From a virus (Duplodnaviria; Caudoviricetes), in IMG/VR virus record IMGVR_UViG_3300032237_000868, positions 25,157 through 89,156 of that record: 64,000 nucleotides of DNA; one strand, written 5' to 3'. This document shows, piece by piece, positions 9,228 to 19,405 of the stretch. Numbering within the stretch: the stretch's first letter is position 1; every line of letters starts with the position of its first letter. A program made the translations under genes and the position numbers. The notes beneath the pieces were generated by a model, which had not been told where the DNA came from, did not search any database, and was given only the letters and a program-made list of their open reading frames with translations.

Positions 9228-11180
9228 TTATGGTAAATAGCCAACTTGCTTGCTCGTCGTGTCTATAACCACGTATTTGTATCCAATAGAAATTGCAGGT
9301 AGATTACTAAATATTACATTGCCAGTGACTGTTAAATTTGAAAACAATGCATTTGTATTTGATGCCGGGCTACTTTCACCATTTGGATCAAATGTCTGAA
9401 TTGTTCTTAAATTAGAATAAACTAGATTAGAATTATTGTCATACAATTCAGATTTAATGTCATACAATTCTTTTGCTTGATTGACATTAAATGGTACTCT
9501 AACTGTATATGATGCTGGACTGAATCCATTTGTTCTGTCATACTTTATTGATAAATTATTAATTACAAGCGATTTGAATCCTTTGGGAACAATAATTAAC
9601 GTTCCATAGATATCATTTACTGGAGTAAATTTAAATTGAAATGTATTATAAAAGTTTTTTGATACACTATTGTCAGTAATTTCAATACTTGCCAACTTTA
9701 TTCCGTAATCGGAATTATAATTTGATTCGTTCTTGTTGTTTGAATATGAACCAGTCAAATAAAAATCTAAATAAGCTTTTTGATCTGGATCTTTGGCTAA
9801 CAAATTACAATTTAACCCTAGAACGTAATCTGTTTTTTGATTGAATTTTAAAAAGTTGGTGTCATATGATGAACCAGATGAATTTAAATATTCGCTTTGA
9901 TTAAACGGTATATATGTTGCGTTTCTATAATTGATGCTATCGGTATTTAATTTTGTTAAAATATATCCGCTTGTAATAGTGTTTGTACTATTGATATTCA
10001 GAGCATCAATGTATGATGAACTATCATATGTTAATAAAGTTGAACCGTTGCTAGAAAACCAAAAAGTATTAATAAAAGATTGAGTATAAAAATTTCCAAG
10101 ATTTTGATAGCTTTTAATTGGTACTAAATTATTTTTTAATTGTTCATTGTTAGCAAAATTTTCATCCAATAACAAAACATAATCACTTGCTACATTTAAA
10201 CTTTTTCTATAAACTTTGTGACGCACAACAGTTCCACTAAATGTATCTAAATTTTTATAAGTAATTTCAGCAATACATATCTTTTTATATCTTATAGAGC
10301 CACCGGCACTTTCTGTAATATAACTCGCCGTTGTAAAATAATCCTGTTTATAATTGTAACTTGAATAATTAATTGAATAACTACCGCTTGTAATTTCAAC
10401 AACCGTGTTTTTATTATTTGCTGGGTTTTTATAAATAATAGGAGATTCCAATTGCAATGTATTGTAATTAATTACATTTTTAACATTGACCGAAGCAGTT
10501 TGATTAATTTTAATTTCTCCACTTCCATTTGGATTGCGAATCTTGTTTATATTGAATGTCATTCCAAACGACTGAAAACTTGCACTAAATGCTGTCGTTT
10601 TTGTAACAACTTGATAATCAATATTATTTTTGTTGTACTTATTTTCATCAATATTAAAATTTGCCATCGGCAAAACAGCCGTTGAATAGCATAAGCCGCT
10701 ACTTGTTTTTGGATTGGCTTCCGAAGTGCTCGTCTGTGTCACATAAGATAATAATGGAGCCACTTCAATCGTAGGTTGATTATAAAATCTAACTTTACTG
10801 TCGTTGATCAATGTAGTGTCAATATTAATATTGGCAATATATCTAACTATTTTGTTATTAAATGTACCTACCAATATTATTTTACCAACACCACTAGTAT
10901 TTTGATTATATACATGAAACGAATAAGTGATGGCTTGTGTTTTTCTGATAAAATCATTGTTGATAGCTTTTTCATAATACAAAACAATACCATTAGCATC
11001 ATATGCTTCAACTTTAATATCGGATGTAGGATTGTTGATCATGATTGAATTTTTTCCAAGCTTAAAATTACTATTAAACTCTGTGATTAAAAAATATGCA
11101 GAGGACAAAAATGATGTATCCTCTGCATCTACTTTGATGTTTAATAATCCTAGATTGTTACCTGTTTTGAATTGTGGCAT
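9228..11180 (-). CDS. Hypothetical virion structural protein
   Basis: 650 aa N/S/T-rich ORF in structural block, late-type motif upstream. Confidence 0.6.
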   Translation of the reverse strand: MPQFKTGNNLGLLNIKVDAEDTSFLSSAYFLITEFNSNFKLGKNSIMINNPTSDIKVEAYDANGIVLYYEKAINNDFIRKTQAITYSFHVYNQNTSGVGKIILVGTFNNKIVRYIANINIDTTLINDSKVRFYNQPTIEVAPLLSYVTQTSTSEANPKTSSGLCYSTAVLPMANFNIDENKYNKNNIDYQVVTKTTAFSASFQSFGMTFNINKIRNPNGSGEIKINQTASVNVKNVINYNTLQLESPIIYKNPANNKNTVVEITSGSYSINYSSYNYKQDYFTTASYITESAGGSIRYKKICIAEITYKNLDTFSGTVVRHKVYRKSLNVASDYVLLLDENFANNEQLKNNLVPIKSYQNLGNFYTQSFINTFWFSSNGSTLLTYDSSSYIDALNINSTNTITSGYILTKLNTDSINYRNATYIPFNQSEYLNSSGSSYDTNFLKFNQKTDYVLGLNCNLLAKDPDQKAYLDFYLTGSYSNNKNESNYNSDYGIKLASIEITDNSVSKNFYNTFQFKFTPVNDIYGTLIIVPKGFKSLVINNLSIKYDRTNGFSPASYTVRVPFNVNQAKELYDIKSELYDNNSNLVYSNLRTIQTFDPNGESSPASNTNALFSNLTVTGNVIFSNLPAISIGYKYVVIDTTSKQVGYLP

Positions 11181-11208
11181 ATATTCATAAATATATGCTT
11201 CAAATCAT

Positions 11209-14200
11209 TTATACAGCTACAATCTTGGAAAATCCACGCTCTTTCTTAATTTCTAATTGCTTATCAACCATATCTTTCATGGCATCCAAATGACTTACAA
11301 CCCATACAAAATCAAATGTATTACGAAAGTAAGATAACAATGACGACATTGAATTTAAATTATCTTTATCAGCACAACCAAATCCTTCGTCAATTGCTAT
11401 AAAGTTAGGACGTGGCAAATTGGAGATATTTATCAATGCTACACGTATTGCAAGTGATAATACAAACTTTTCCAATCCACTTCCCATTTCAATCGGCCAT
11501 TTTTTTCCATCATAATTGATATGACCGATAACATTTTTTCCATCAGTTGTTAGATTGACAGTAAATTCAACAATTTGATGTAAAATATTATTAATTTCTG
11601 CTTCGAGTGTTGGTAATGCTTTGCTAATCAAATTATATGGAATGCCATCACGACTGATTGCCATCATGTAATATGTATATGCATGCTGCTGCAATTCCCA
11701 TATCTTGGCATTTTTAATTTGTTCTTCATAATTAGCTTTTTGTTCGTTAGCCAACAAAAATTTTCCATTCAAATCAGAAATCTTACGAGTTGCAGTCTTC
11801 ATTAACATATCCAATTTGTTAATGCTTTCTTTGATTATTTTAATTTTTTCATTGGTATTTTTATTAGATTCAATAGCATCTTTTTGTTTATAATACAACT
11901 GAATATCTTGCTCCAATGTTAATAGTTGATTTTCAAATTGAACAAGCTTTGTAGAATTTTTCAAAAACTCCGAATTTGCATAATTATATTTTTTCTCCAG
12001 ATCATTTTTTCGCTGAGTAAGTTCATTGACTTTTTGATTTTTCTCAACAACATTATAAACTAAGTTAATACCGTTAACCAAATCATCTTTACGAATTGTT
12101 AATGCTCCAATTTCCATCTGAATATTGCTATATTCAGCGCCAGTCTTTTTTATATGGTCTGCATGCTTTTTATTTGCTTTTACACAAAAAGCACAATGCG
12201 GATCATATTCCACATTGTTTCCAAAACTAGATAAAATAGATCCTTTTGATGCTATTTCTACGTTTTTCTTATCAATTTCATTTTGAATCTTTTGCAGATC
12301 ACTATTTAAAGCATCATAATAATTTGTGTTGGTTTTTAGTTTAACCAAATCAACTTTATTTAATTCAATATCTATTTCATCAATAGCTTCTTTTAGTTTT
12401 TCAACCAATTGTTTGATTGATATATTATTTTCTGCTAATGTCTTTTTCTCCGAAGTGATTTTCTTTTGATTATTTTCCAAAACATCAATATTTGTTGGAG
12501 CATTTCCAACATTTATAATATTGGACATTTCTTCAATCAATCTATCGTTTTCATATTTAAATTTGGATTCTAATTTATCAAATTCAATATTTTCAGTTTC
12601 AAGGGTCTTTTTAAGAATTACAATTTCTTGAATTCGTTGCTCAAGTAATTTAGGATAATCGGTTTTGCTATAATTTTTAAGAAGTGTAATTATTTCTTTA
12701 CTTTCAGACTTGGCAATTTGATCCAATTGATCATATACTGTAATTCCCATGAATTTGACAATCAAATCTTTACGATCTGCCTGACCCATATCAATAAAAT
12801 TACCTACGCTATTATTTTGAATACTCAATACAGTTAATAGAAAATCATCATATGTTCCAATATAATCACGAATAACATCATTTGTATTACGACGTGCTTC
12901 TCCGTTCAAATCAATCATTTTGCCGTCTTTATCTAGTTGATAGAATTTAACATCAACTTTGACATTACCCTTTTTGTCTTGAACACCAACACGTTCAATA
13001 AAATAATCTACGCCTTCAATTTCAAAATTAAATTTGCAATTGAAACTCATTTTCTGTGTATTCAAAACATGTATTGCTTTGAATGCACGATCACATTTAT
13101 CGAACAAACAGTAAGATAATGCAGATAAAATGCTACTCTTGCCGCTGGCATTTGCAGCGAATAATCCAATTAATCCTTTGAGTGCAGTAAAGTCAATAGC
13201 ATTACCTTCTCCATAAGAGAACATATTTTCAAACTCAAAACGCTTTGGCTTCCACCGAATATTACGTGGAACAAGTTCTTTCTCTAACTTACTATTTACA
13301 TCTTTATTAATTTCAAAAATCTGATCAATTAATTCTTCGGTCATTACTTCACGTTTCTTTTCTAATAGAAACTCCTTAATCAATTGATTTTGATAATCAA
13401 CATTTGATGCAATACTGATAAGATTGATATTTGTGGTATCAATAATATTTTTCTTTTCTTCATCGGTATTGATTTTATCATAAGTAATTTCAATTAATTC
13501 ATGTTTATTACTTATTTTTGCCATCAATGATTTGACTTCAGATGGAATCGTTTCTTTACATTTTGCTCGTAATGTAATTTTTTTAGGCATATTGCTTATA
13601 TCAGTCAACAATTTGCCCCGTTCGATTTCTATGGTAAAAAATCCATAGTCGTTTGGCAATTCTACGTGTGTATATTCGCGATGTTTAATATCCCATACTA
13701 CATATCCGTGTTTTTCCAATGCTTCGCCATGATTCTGTTGAATCATCGATCCCGCATATAGAATAACCGGTTTATTATAATTGATGCTGTGTTCTTGTAG
13801 TCTCTGAAATTTATGAATATCTCCCAGTAAAACAATATCGTGTCCGTCAAAACTATCATTTGATATTGTTTTACTCACGACTTTGAATCCAACATCTGTT
13901 GTCGCACCTTGTACAGGACCATGAAATAATGCAATGCGTGCATCTGTTTCATTAATTAATTTTTTAGGAATATTTGATGCCGGAATGTATTTTGTATAAT
14001 CGTCAAATACAGAATAATGATTAAACAATAAATTTCCTAATACAAACAATCCACTTTCCTTTAGATAAAAAAGATTGGGATGATTTAGAGGTTCGACTAC
14101 CGAGGTTAAACTGTCTAATCTAGTTTTATTGTTTAATGTTGCGTCGTGATTGCCTGAGATAAGAATTGTTGTACGCTTATCAGCAATGGTTTTTAAAAAA

Positions 14201-14424
14201 TCACTGGCTAATTTTAATGATTCTGGAACCAGATCAGTTTTGTTGTGAAACAAATCTCCGAGAATTGCAACCACAGTAGTTTCTGGAGTTTTATCTATTT
14301 GTTTATAGAACTTTTCAAACACTTCACGATATTCATCATGTCGTTTCAACAAACGAATGTGAATATCTGCTAAATGAACAATGTGTGTGAATTTTTTTAT
14401 AGGAGTATTCAGATATTTTGTCAT
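11209..14424 (-). CDS. SbcD (Mre11)-SbcC (Rad50) fusion recombination nuclease/ATPase
   Basis: HLADIH, GDLFH, GNHD, GDIH; ASGKSS Walker A, coiled coil with CAFC hook, IDEGFG Walker B, VSH. Confidence 0.92.
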   Translation of the reverse strand: MTKYLNTPIKKFTHIVHLADIHIRLLKRHDEYREVFEKFYKQIDKTPETTVVAILGDLFHNKTDLVPESLKLASDFLKTIADKRTTILISGNHDATLNNKTRLDSLTSVVEPLNHPNLFYLKESGLFVLGNLLFNHYSVFDDYTKYIPASNIPKKLINETDARIALFHGPVQGATTDVGFKVVSKTISNDSFDGHDIVLLGDIHKFQRLQEHSINYNKPVILYAGSMIQQNHGEALEKHGYVVWDIKHREYTHVELPNDYGFFTIEIERGKLLTDISNMPKKITLRAKCKETIPSEVKSLMAKISNKHELIEITYDKINTDEEKKNIIDTTNINLISIASNVDYQNQLIKEFLLEKKREVMTEELIDQIFEINKDVNSKLEKELVPRNIRWKPKRFEFENMFSYGEGNAIDFTALKGLIGLFAANASGKSSILSALSYCLFDKCDRAFKAIHVLNTQKMSFNCKFNFEIEGVDYFIERVGVQDKKGNVKVDVKFYQLDKDGKMIDLNGEARRNTNDVIRDYIGTYDDFLLTVLSIQNNSVGNFIDMGQADRKDLIVKFMGITVYDQLDQIAKSESKEIITLLKNYSKTDYPKLLEQRIQEIVILKKTLETENIEFDKLESKFKYENDRLIEEMSNIINVGNAPTNIDVLENNQKKITSEKKTLAENNISIKQLVEKLKEAIDEIDIELNKVDLVKLKTNTNYYDALNSDLQKIQNEIDKKNVEIASKGSILSSFGNNVEYDPHCAFCVKANKKHADHIKKTGAEYSNIQMEIGALTIRKDDLVNGINLVYNVVEKNQKVNELTQRKNDLEKKYNYANSEFLKNSTKLVQFENQLLTLEQDIQLYYKQKDAIESNKNTNEKIKIIKESINKLDMLMKTATRKISDLNGKFLLANEQKANYEEQIKNAKIWELQQHAYTYYMMAISRDGIPYNLISKALPTLEAEINNILHQIVEFTVNLTTDGKNVIGHINYDGKKWPIEMGSGLEKFVLSLAIRVALINISNLPRPNFIAIDEGFGCADKDNLNSMSSLLSYFRNTFDFVWVVSHLDAMKDMVDKQLEIKKERGFSKIVAV

Positions 14425-15359
14425 ATCAATTTCATTTTAATCAGATTATCAAATTCAATGATTGGAGATTTATTTATAATCTCCCAAGTTTTTTCAAAAC
14501 CCAATAGTGATGGATCTTTTTCTTTCAATTTAACACAAGCAGTCGGAATATGATTACGAACCAAATATTCGCATAATCTTACTGTGTCGGCATATGCATC
14601 GTTATCTAACAATACATTTACTCTAGGAGTGTCGCTTTCGAGTAACCGAGCTTTGAGCCTCTTTGACATATTTTTTCCAAACAATGGAATAACATTTCTG
14701 CGAACTGATATTGCGTCAAACTGACCTTCGACCAAAGTAATAGGTTCGCTAAAATTGATTAAAAATTCATTTCCGATGATGTTTTTTGAAAAGTTACACA
14801 ACTTGTATTTATGTCCTGATAGACCCAGATAGTCTCTGGCAGAAAAGAAATTTAACTTACCGTCAGCATCATATGATGGTATAACAATACGATGTTGATA
14901 ATAACCAGTGTCACAATATCCGATATTATAGCGTAGAATATCATATTTTGTGATATTACGAGCAAGTACATAATTAAGTGCTAGTTTATAATGTCTGGTA
15001 TTTGATGGAATTGAAAGCGGCTTAAATTCATCCGGTAATCGATTAATTGCAGTTACTTCATGTAACTCATCAAAATTAATCTTCCATTCTGCTCCATCGA
15101 GGCGCATTTGTTCAACTTCTCCGAGTATTGCATAATATTCAGATGAAGCTTGCATTTTTTTAAATAGAGAACGAAAACTAAGTCCTCTAAAATTACAAAC
15201 CCAACAATTATATTTGCCAGTTGTAAGACTGACTTCCAATTTGCGTTTATAATGTTTGCAATGCGGACAGTAATAGACTGCATCAGTTCCTTTGCGGATT
15301 TTTGCCGTCTGATTAAACAGTTTATTGAGTGCCACTAAAATTGTCTCTTGTCTTAGCAT
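14421..15359 (-). CDS. DNA primase (zinc finger + TOPRIM)
   Basis: CPHCKH...CWVC; LVEGQFD; LLDNDA. Confidence 0.9.
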   Translation of the reverse strand: MLRQETILVALNKLFNQTAKIRKGTDAVYYCPHCKHYKRKLEVSLTTGKYNCWVCNFRGLSFRSLFKKMQASSEYYAILGEVEQMRLDGAEWKINFDELHEVTAINRLPDEFKPLSIPSNTRHYKLALNYVLARNITKYDILRYNIGYCDTGYYQHRIVIPSYDADGKLNFFSARDYLGLSGHKYKLCNFSKNIIGNEFLINFSEPITLVEGQFDAISVRRNVIPLFGKNMSKRLKARLLESDTPRVNVLLDNDAYADTVRLCEYLVRNHIPTACVKLKEKDPSLLGFEKTWEIINKSPIIEFDNLIKMKLI

Positions 15360-15464
15360 GATTATTTTGATCTACCGTATCAGATCCATTTGCTTCGATC
15401 AAGTTTTTATTGTCGGAAAGTTTTTTAAGGATTGAATTCTATTGTTGCTGTCAGTTCTTGTGTC

Positions 15465-15962
15465 TTAATACATAGAAGTTACTATCGCATCATACATATC
15501 AAAATTGCGATCATCCCAATTGCCGTTCTTTTTTGTTTTCTCCCATTTGCTGAGTGACATTTTTGATTCCAATTGCATTTTAACGAAATCTTTGGATTTT
15601 ATACCCTTTATGCGGCATTTTCCAAATGCTTTTTTACGCATTGTGTTTACACTAACTAAATTAACAGGTATTTTCCAATACTCGCCAACGATATATTCAA
15701 ATAGTGCATTGAATCTAGCAAGTTTAATAATAACTTGCTGACTTGTAAAGCCTCCAGCAAATCCACTCAATGCCGCTTCAAGATTTATTTTATTTACTTT
15801 TACAATAAGCGGATGATTTTTTAATGTATCAATAACACAAAATACTTTTTCTTTATTGGTCGCAAATTTGCTTATATCAATAAATCCACAATCTTGTATC
15901 GTGTTATTATCCCAAAATGCCCAGCCGCATGTAGTCGTGGAAGCGTCGAATCCGAGAGTCAT
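15465..15962 (-). CDS. RuvC-like Holliday junction resolvase
   Basis: LGFDASTTTCGWA, NLE, DMYDAIV acidic motifs. Confidence 0.8.
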   Translation of the reverse strand: MTLGFDASTTTCGWAFWDNNTIQDCGFIDISKFATNKEKVFCVIDTLKNHPLIVKVNKINLEAALSGFAGGFTSQQVIIKLARFNALFEYIVGEYWKIPVNLVSVNTMRKKAFGKCRIKGIKSKDFVKMQLESKMSLSKWEKTKKNGNWDDRNFDMYDAIVTSMY

Positions 15963-15985
15963 ATAATCATAAATAGCGACGCATT

Positions 15986-16282
15986 TTATGGTTTATATTT
16001 TTTATTTGACAGACCCCGAGTATATTGAGATAATTCTTTAGAAGTGCTATTTTTTCTATCGGGTATATCTGCCAAGCTTGACAGACCGGATGGCATTCCT
16101 ACTCTAAATCCGCCTTTGTCAATGGTAAATTGCTGACCTTTGGTAGATGGTTCGGCCAAAGGTGCAATTGTGTCAGCCGAAGTTACGATATTCTTAGCAT
16201 CAAATGCACCACCCACTTTTTGTTTGGAATAGCGTGTAGCAAGATCTATATTTAAAGAATCTCTATTGATTGGGTTTGGCAT
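15986..16282 (-). CDS. Hypothetical protein
   Basis: 98 aa ORF with late-type motif upstream. Confidence 0.65.
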   Translation of the reverse strand: MPNPINRDSLNIDLATRYSKQKVGGAFDAKNIVTSADTIAPLAEPSTKGQQFTIDKGGFRVGMPSGLSSLADIPDRKNSTSKELSQYTRGLSNKKYKP

Positions 16283-16309
16283 ATTTTATCTTTCTTTTTA
16301 TAAATATTG

Positions 16310-17194
16310 TTAAATATCCCATTTAACAAAAATATTTAGGGGTAATTCTCCACTATTTTTAATTGGTGTAGCTAATTTTGCAATTCCTACTAATTCAATG
16401 CCACTATACAAACCAATTGAAGTAATAAATGGAGCCAGATATGAACCGGTTTTATCCAGTGATGAACTATAATCAAATCCAAAAAATTCATTTTTGATTT
16501 TACCATAACCATACTTTCCAGTTTTTTCATCCATATATCGGATAATGGATTCTACGCTTTTACGATTTGATCTAATTTCAACATATTTAAAAACTACATC
16601 TCTCGTTAATGTATTTGTAAAATATTTAAACATTAAATATGCATCACTTATTTGTATTTTATTGTTTCCATCAACATCAAAACTGTTATAAATGGACTCC
16701 AAATAAGTTAGATATGGTATATGATAAGTAGCATCCTTATTGGCTAAATTATATTTTTCTAAATAATATGCATACCAATTGTTATCATCATCAGTAAATA
16801 TATCTTTTAAATAATTATACCAATTATAATCGTTATTAACTTTCAAACTAATGTATCTTAAAATCAAATCCAAATCAACATAAGTAAAATAATTATTTTT
16901 ATCAACATCAAATTCAAATTGATTGGCAATCAATGCGCTAGGATTTGTACTGTAATTGAATTCGCCCGGTTCAATGCGGCATAAAACTTGCTTTTCATAA
17001 AAAGTTTGTTGACTTTTATATGTAATGTCATACTTAGGCAAGTTCAAATTGCTTCTATCTTTTAATAACTCATCAAATACAGATCCGCTATTTGATAAAA
17101 TAATTTTACCATTACGATAAAATACATGTCCAATAACATGATCATTTACCAAGTTGTTGAGATCGTAAATATATGAAGATCCGTTTAGTGTCAT
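16310..17194 (-). CDS. Structural protein with two dockerin/EF-hand-like repeats
   Basis: FDVDKNNYFTYVDL and FDVDGNNKIQISDA; C-terminus similar to 19406-20506. Confidence 0.6.
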   Translation of the reverse strand: MTLNGSSYIYDLNNLVNDHVIGHVFYRNGKIILSNSGSVFDELLKDRSNLNLPKYDITYKSQQTFYEKQVLCRIEPGEFNYSTNPSALIANQFEFDVDKNNYFTYVDLDLILRYISLKVNNDYNWYNYLKDIFTDDDNNWYAYYLEKYNLANKDATYHIPYLTYLESIYNSFDVDGNNKIQISDAYLMFKYFTNTLTRDVVFKYVEIRSNRKSVESIIRYMDEKTGKYGYGKIKNEFFGFDYSSSLDKTGSYLAPFITSIGLYSGIELVGIAKLATPIKNSGELPLNIFVKWDI

Positions 17195-17197
17195 AAT

Positions 17198-18607
17198 TTA
17201 AACTTGTTGTATTATCGGAGATCCTATAATAAAAGAACTGTCATATAGTCCAGCATCATATCCATACACACTGTATGGATCGCCGTATTTTTTATTTTTA
17301 GTTAAAGTTGTAATTGGACTCCAAACAGATTCGGTTGTCTTTTGATATACAACAACTTGACCTAAAATATTATATTCATCATCTCTGGGATTACAATCAA
17401 ATTTCTTGTATAAAGTATTTTCAATATAAGACTGTGAAAATGGCCAATTAGTTTTTGTGGATGTTACAATAGATGATGTATCATAAATTTCTACATCGTG
17501 GCCAAAACGATTATCATCAAGTAAATCAACAGTACCGTAAGATTTTTCTATTAATCTCCAATTAACACCAGTGCCAATACAATCTTCATAAAAATAAACA
17601 GCACCCCGACTGTGTGATATATTTGCTTCTGCATATTGATAATACAATATATCAGTTGGTGAGCCAACTAAAATTGATTTTCCATAAATTGCCACTGAAT
17701 AACCATAGCTCGATGAATTTGCAGTTGATAAAATATACGGCGGCCAATTATTATTGATAACTTGTAATGATTGCGTTAAATTAAGTGATCGATTTTCTGA
17801 TAAAACAGAACACTGTTTCCAATATCCACTTGATGAATCATAGTTGAAAACATAAACATCTGATTTTAATTTTGATTCATTTCCTACAATAATATTGTAA
17901 GAACCACTTTGATCTATTTTAACAACACTTCCAAATTTACTATTTGTTGTGGTATTACTACCAGTTAATGTTTGATAATATGTCCAATTACCAGAAATGT
18001 TTTTGTATACATATACAACACCACGACTACTTGAAATGTTACTTGCTCCAATTAAAAGTATATTATTATATAAAGAAACGGATTCTCCGAATGATGTATT
18101 AAAATCATATGATGATTCAAATGAATTTAAAATTGTAGTAACATAATTTGCTGCTTGAGTATTGGAACCAGATAAAGAAAAAATATCGACACTAGAACCA
18201 GTTAAAACTGAATTTGCGTTATTTGATAATCTATAATAAAACAAAGAATCGCCAATTGCCAGTGTTGTATTATAAAATGCAACAGATTGTCCAAATCGAT
18301 TTGCAGTATATATTAAATCGTCATATTCATACAAAAATTGCGAACTCGTAACTAGATTGGATCCGGTATCTGTCATCAATATATCTGGTACTTCTGAAGA
18401 AATATAGATTGATGGACGATAAATTTTTTTGATTGTGTCCTTGTGTTTATATGCATCGGCAATATTACTATATTGAAGAACTTCAACACTTCCAGTTTGA
18501 AATACCGATGATGAATAAGCAAAAATTGATGGATTTCCAATAGCAATATATGTCTTGTTTGTTGCTACAGAATATCCATAATTTGAATTATCAATATTAA
18601 AACTCAT
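17198..18607 (-). CDS. FG-GAP-repeat beta-propeller virion protein
   Basis: Repeated YGYSVA/FGQSVA/FGESVS/FGHDV...GSP units. Confidence 0.75.
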   Translation of the reverse strand: MSFNIDNSNYGYSVATNKTYIAIGNPSIFAYSSSVFQTGSVEVLQYSNIADAYKHKDTIKKIYRPSIYISSEVPDILMTDTGSNLVTSSQFLYEYDDLIYTANRFGQSVAFYNTTLAIGDSLFYYRLSNNANSVLTGSSVDIFSLSGSNTQAANYVTTILNSFESSYDFNTSFGESVSLYNNILLIGASNISSSRGVVYVYKNISGNWTYYQTLTGSNTTTNSKFGSVVKIDQSGSYNIIVGNESKLKSDVYVFNYDSSSGYWKQCSVLSENRSLNLTQSLQVINNNWPPYILSTANSSSYGYSVAIYGKSILVGSPTDILYYQYAEANISHSRGAVYFYEDCIGTGVNWRLIEKSYGTVDLLDDNRFGHDVEIYDTSSIVTSTKTNWPFSQSYIENTLYKKFDCNPRDDEYNILGQVVVYQKTTESVWSPITTLTKNKKYGDPYSVYGYDAGLYDSSFIIGSPIIQQV

Positions 18608-19233
18608 AAAGTAGATTCAAATGTAATTTGTTGAAATGTCGAAAAATAAATACCATCCAAAATTAAATTTGTATTGCCGTCGTCTACGATTGTATAATCA
18701 ATTTCTCCTAAATTATCTTGAATCTTCACTGAACGAGGAATAATCTTCTCTCCAAATTGATTTTTTGATAAAGTAAATACATCCATCGCATCGGTTAATA
18801 AACGATGATTTGAATTTAAATTAATATTTTCTAATCCCCAAATTTGAGTAGGATTATCATATGTGTTGTAAAATAATTGCTTGTTAACAGTATATACAAC
18901 AGTCATAAATGTACCGTCTTCATTTACTGGCTGTGAACCAGAATCATAATATGGACTATTAATTGGAAAATATGTTCCGCTACCACTAATGCCGCGTTGA
19001 TATTGTAAATTTAATTGCGAATCTTGCTGTTGTAATGCTAAATTACAATAACTGTTTGTTATTGGTGCGGATAAACCATCTCCATAATCAATATAAGTAT
19101 GAGATAACGATCCGGACTCCGAGCCAGAAATCCACAAAATAAGATCTTCGGCTTCTATATTTTGTAAATTCCATGTTTTGGCTGCAATAAATGGAGTGAC
19201 TTGAATATCATCTCTATTTAAACTCTTAATCAT
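18604..19233 (-). CDS. Hypothetical structural protein
   Basis: 209 aa ORF in tightly packed structural operon. Confidence 0.65.
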   Translation of the reverse strand: MIKSLNRDDIQVTPFIAAKTWNLQNIEAEDLILWISGSESGSLSHTYIDYGDGLSAPITNSYCNLALQQQDSQLNLQYQRGISGSGTYFPINSPYYDSGSQPVNEDGTFMTVVYTVNKQLFYNTYDNPTQIWGLENINLNSNHRLLTDAMDVFTLSKNQFGEKIIPRSVKIQDNLGEIDYTIVDDGNTNLILDGIYFSTFQQITFESTL

Positions 19234-19234
19234 T

Positions 19235-19405
19235 TTATTTAATAAGTATCTCTTTCAATACAATTTCTAAATTATTTTTTATATCGGATTCCCAAAATCT
19301 TAAAATTTTATATCCATTTTCCGTGGCAATTTTTTCTTTTAATATATCGTTTATATTTATTTCTTTTGATTTTATATAATGATTTTTTGTATTTGGATTT
19401 CCGTG
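19235..19405 (-). pseudogene. C-terminal fragment of a Vsr/DUF559-like endonuclease
   Basis: HGNPNT...D..K...A.ENGYKILRFWESDI, open frame without a start codon. Confidence 0.75.
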
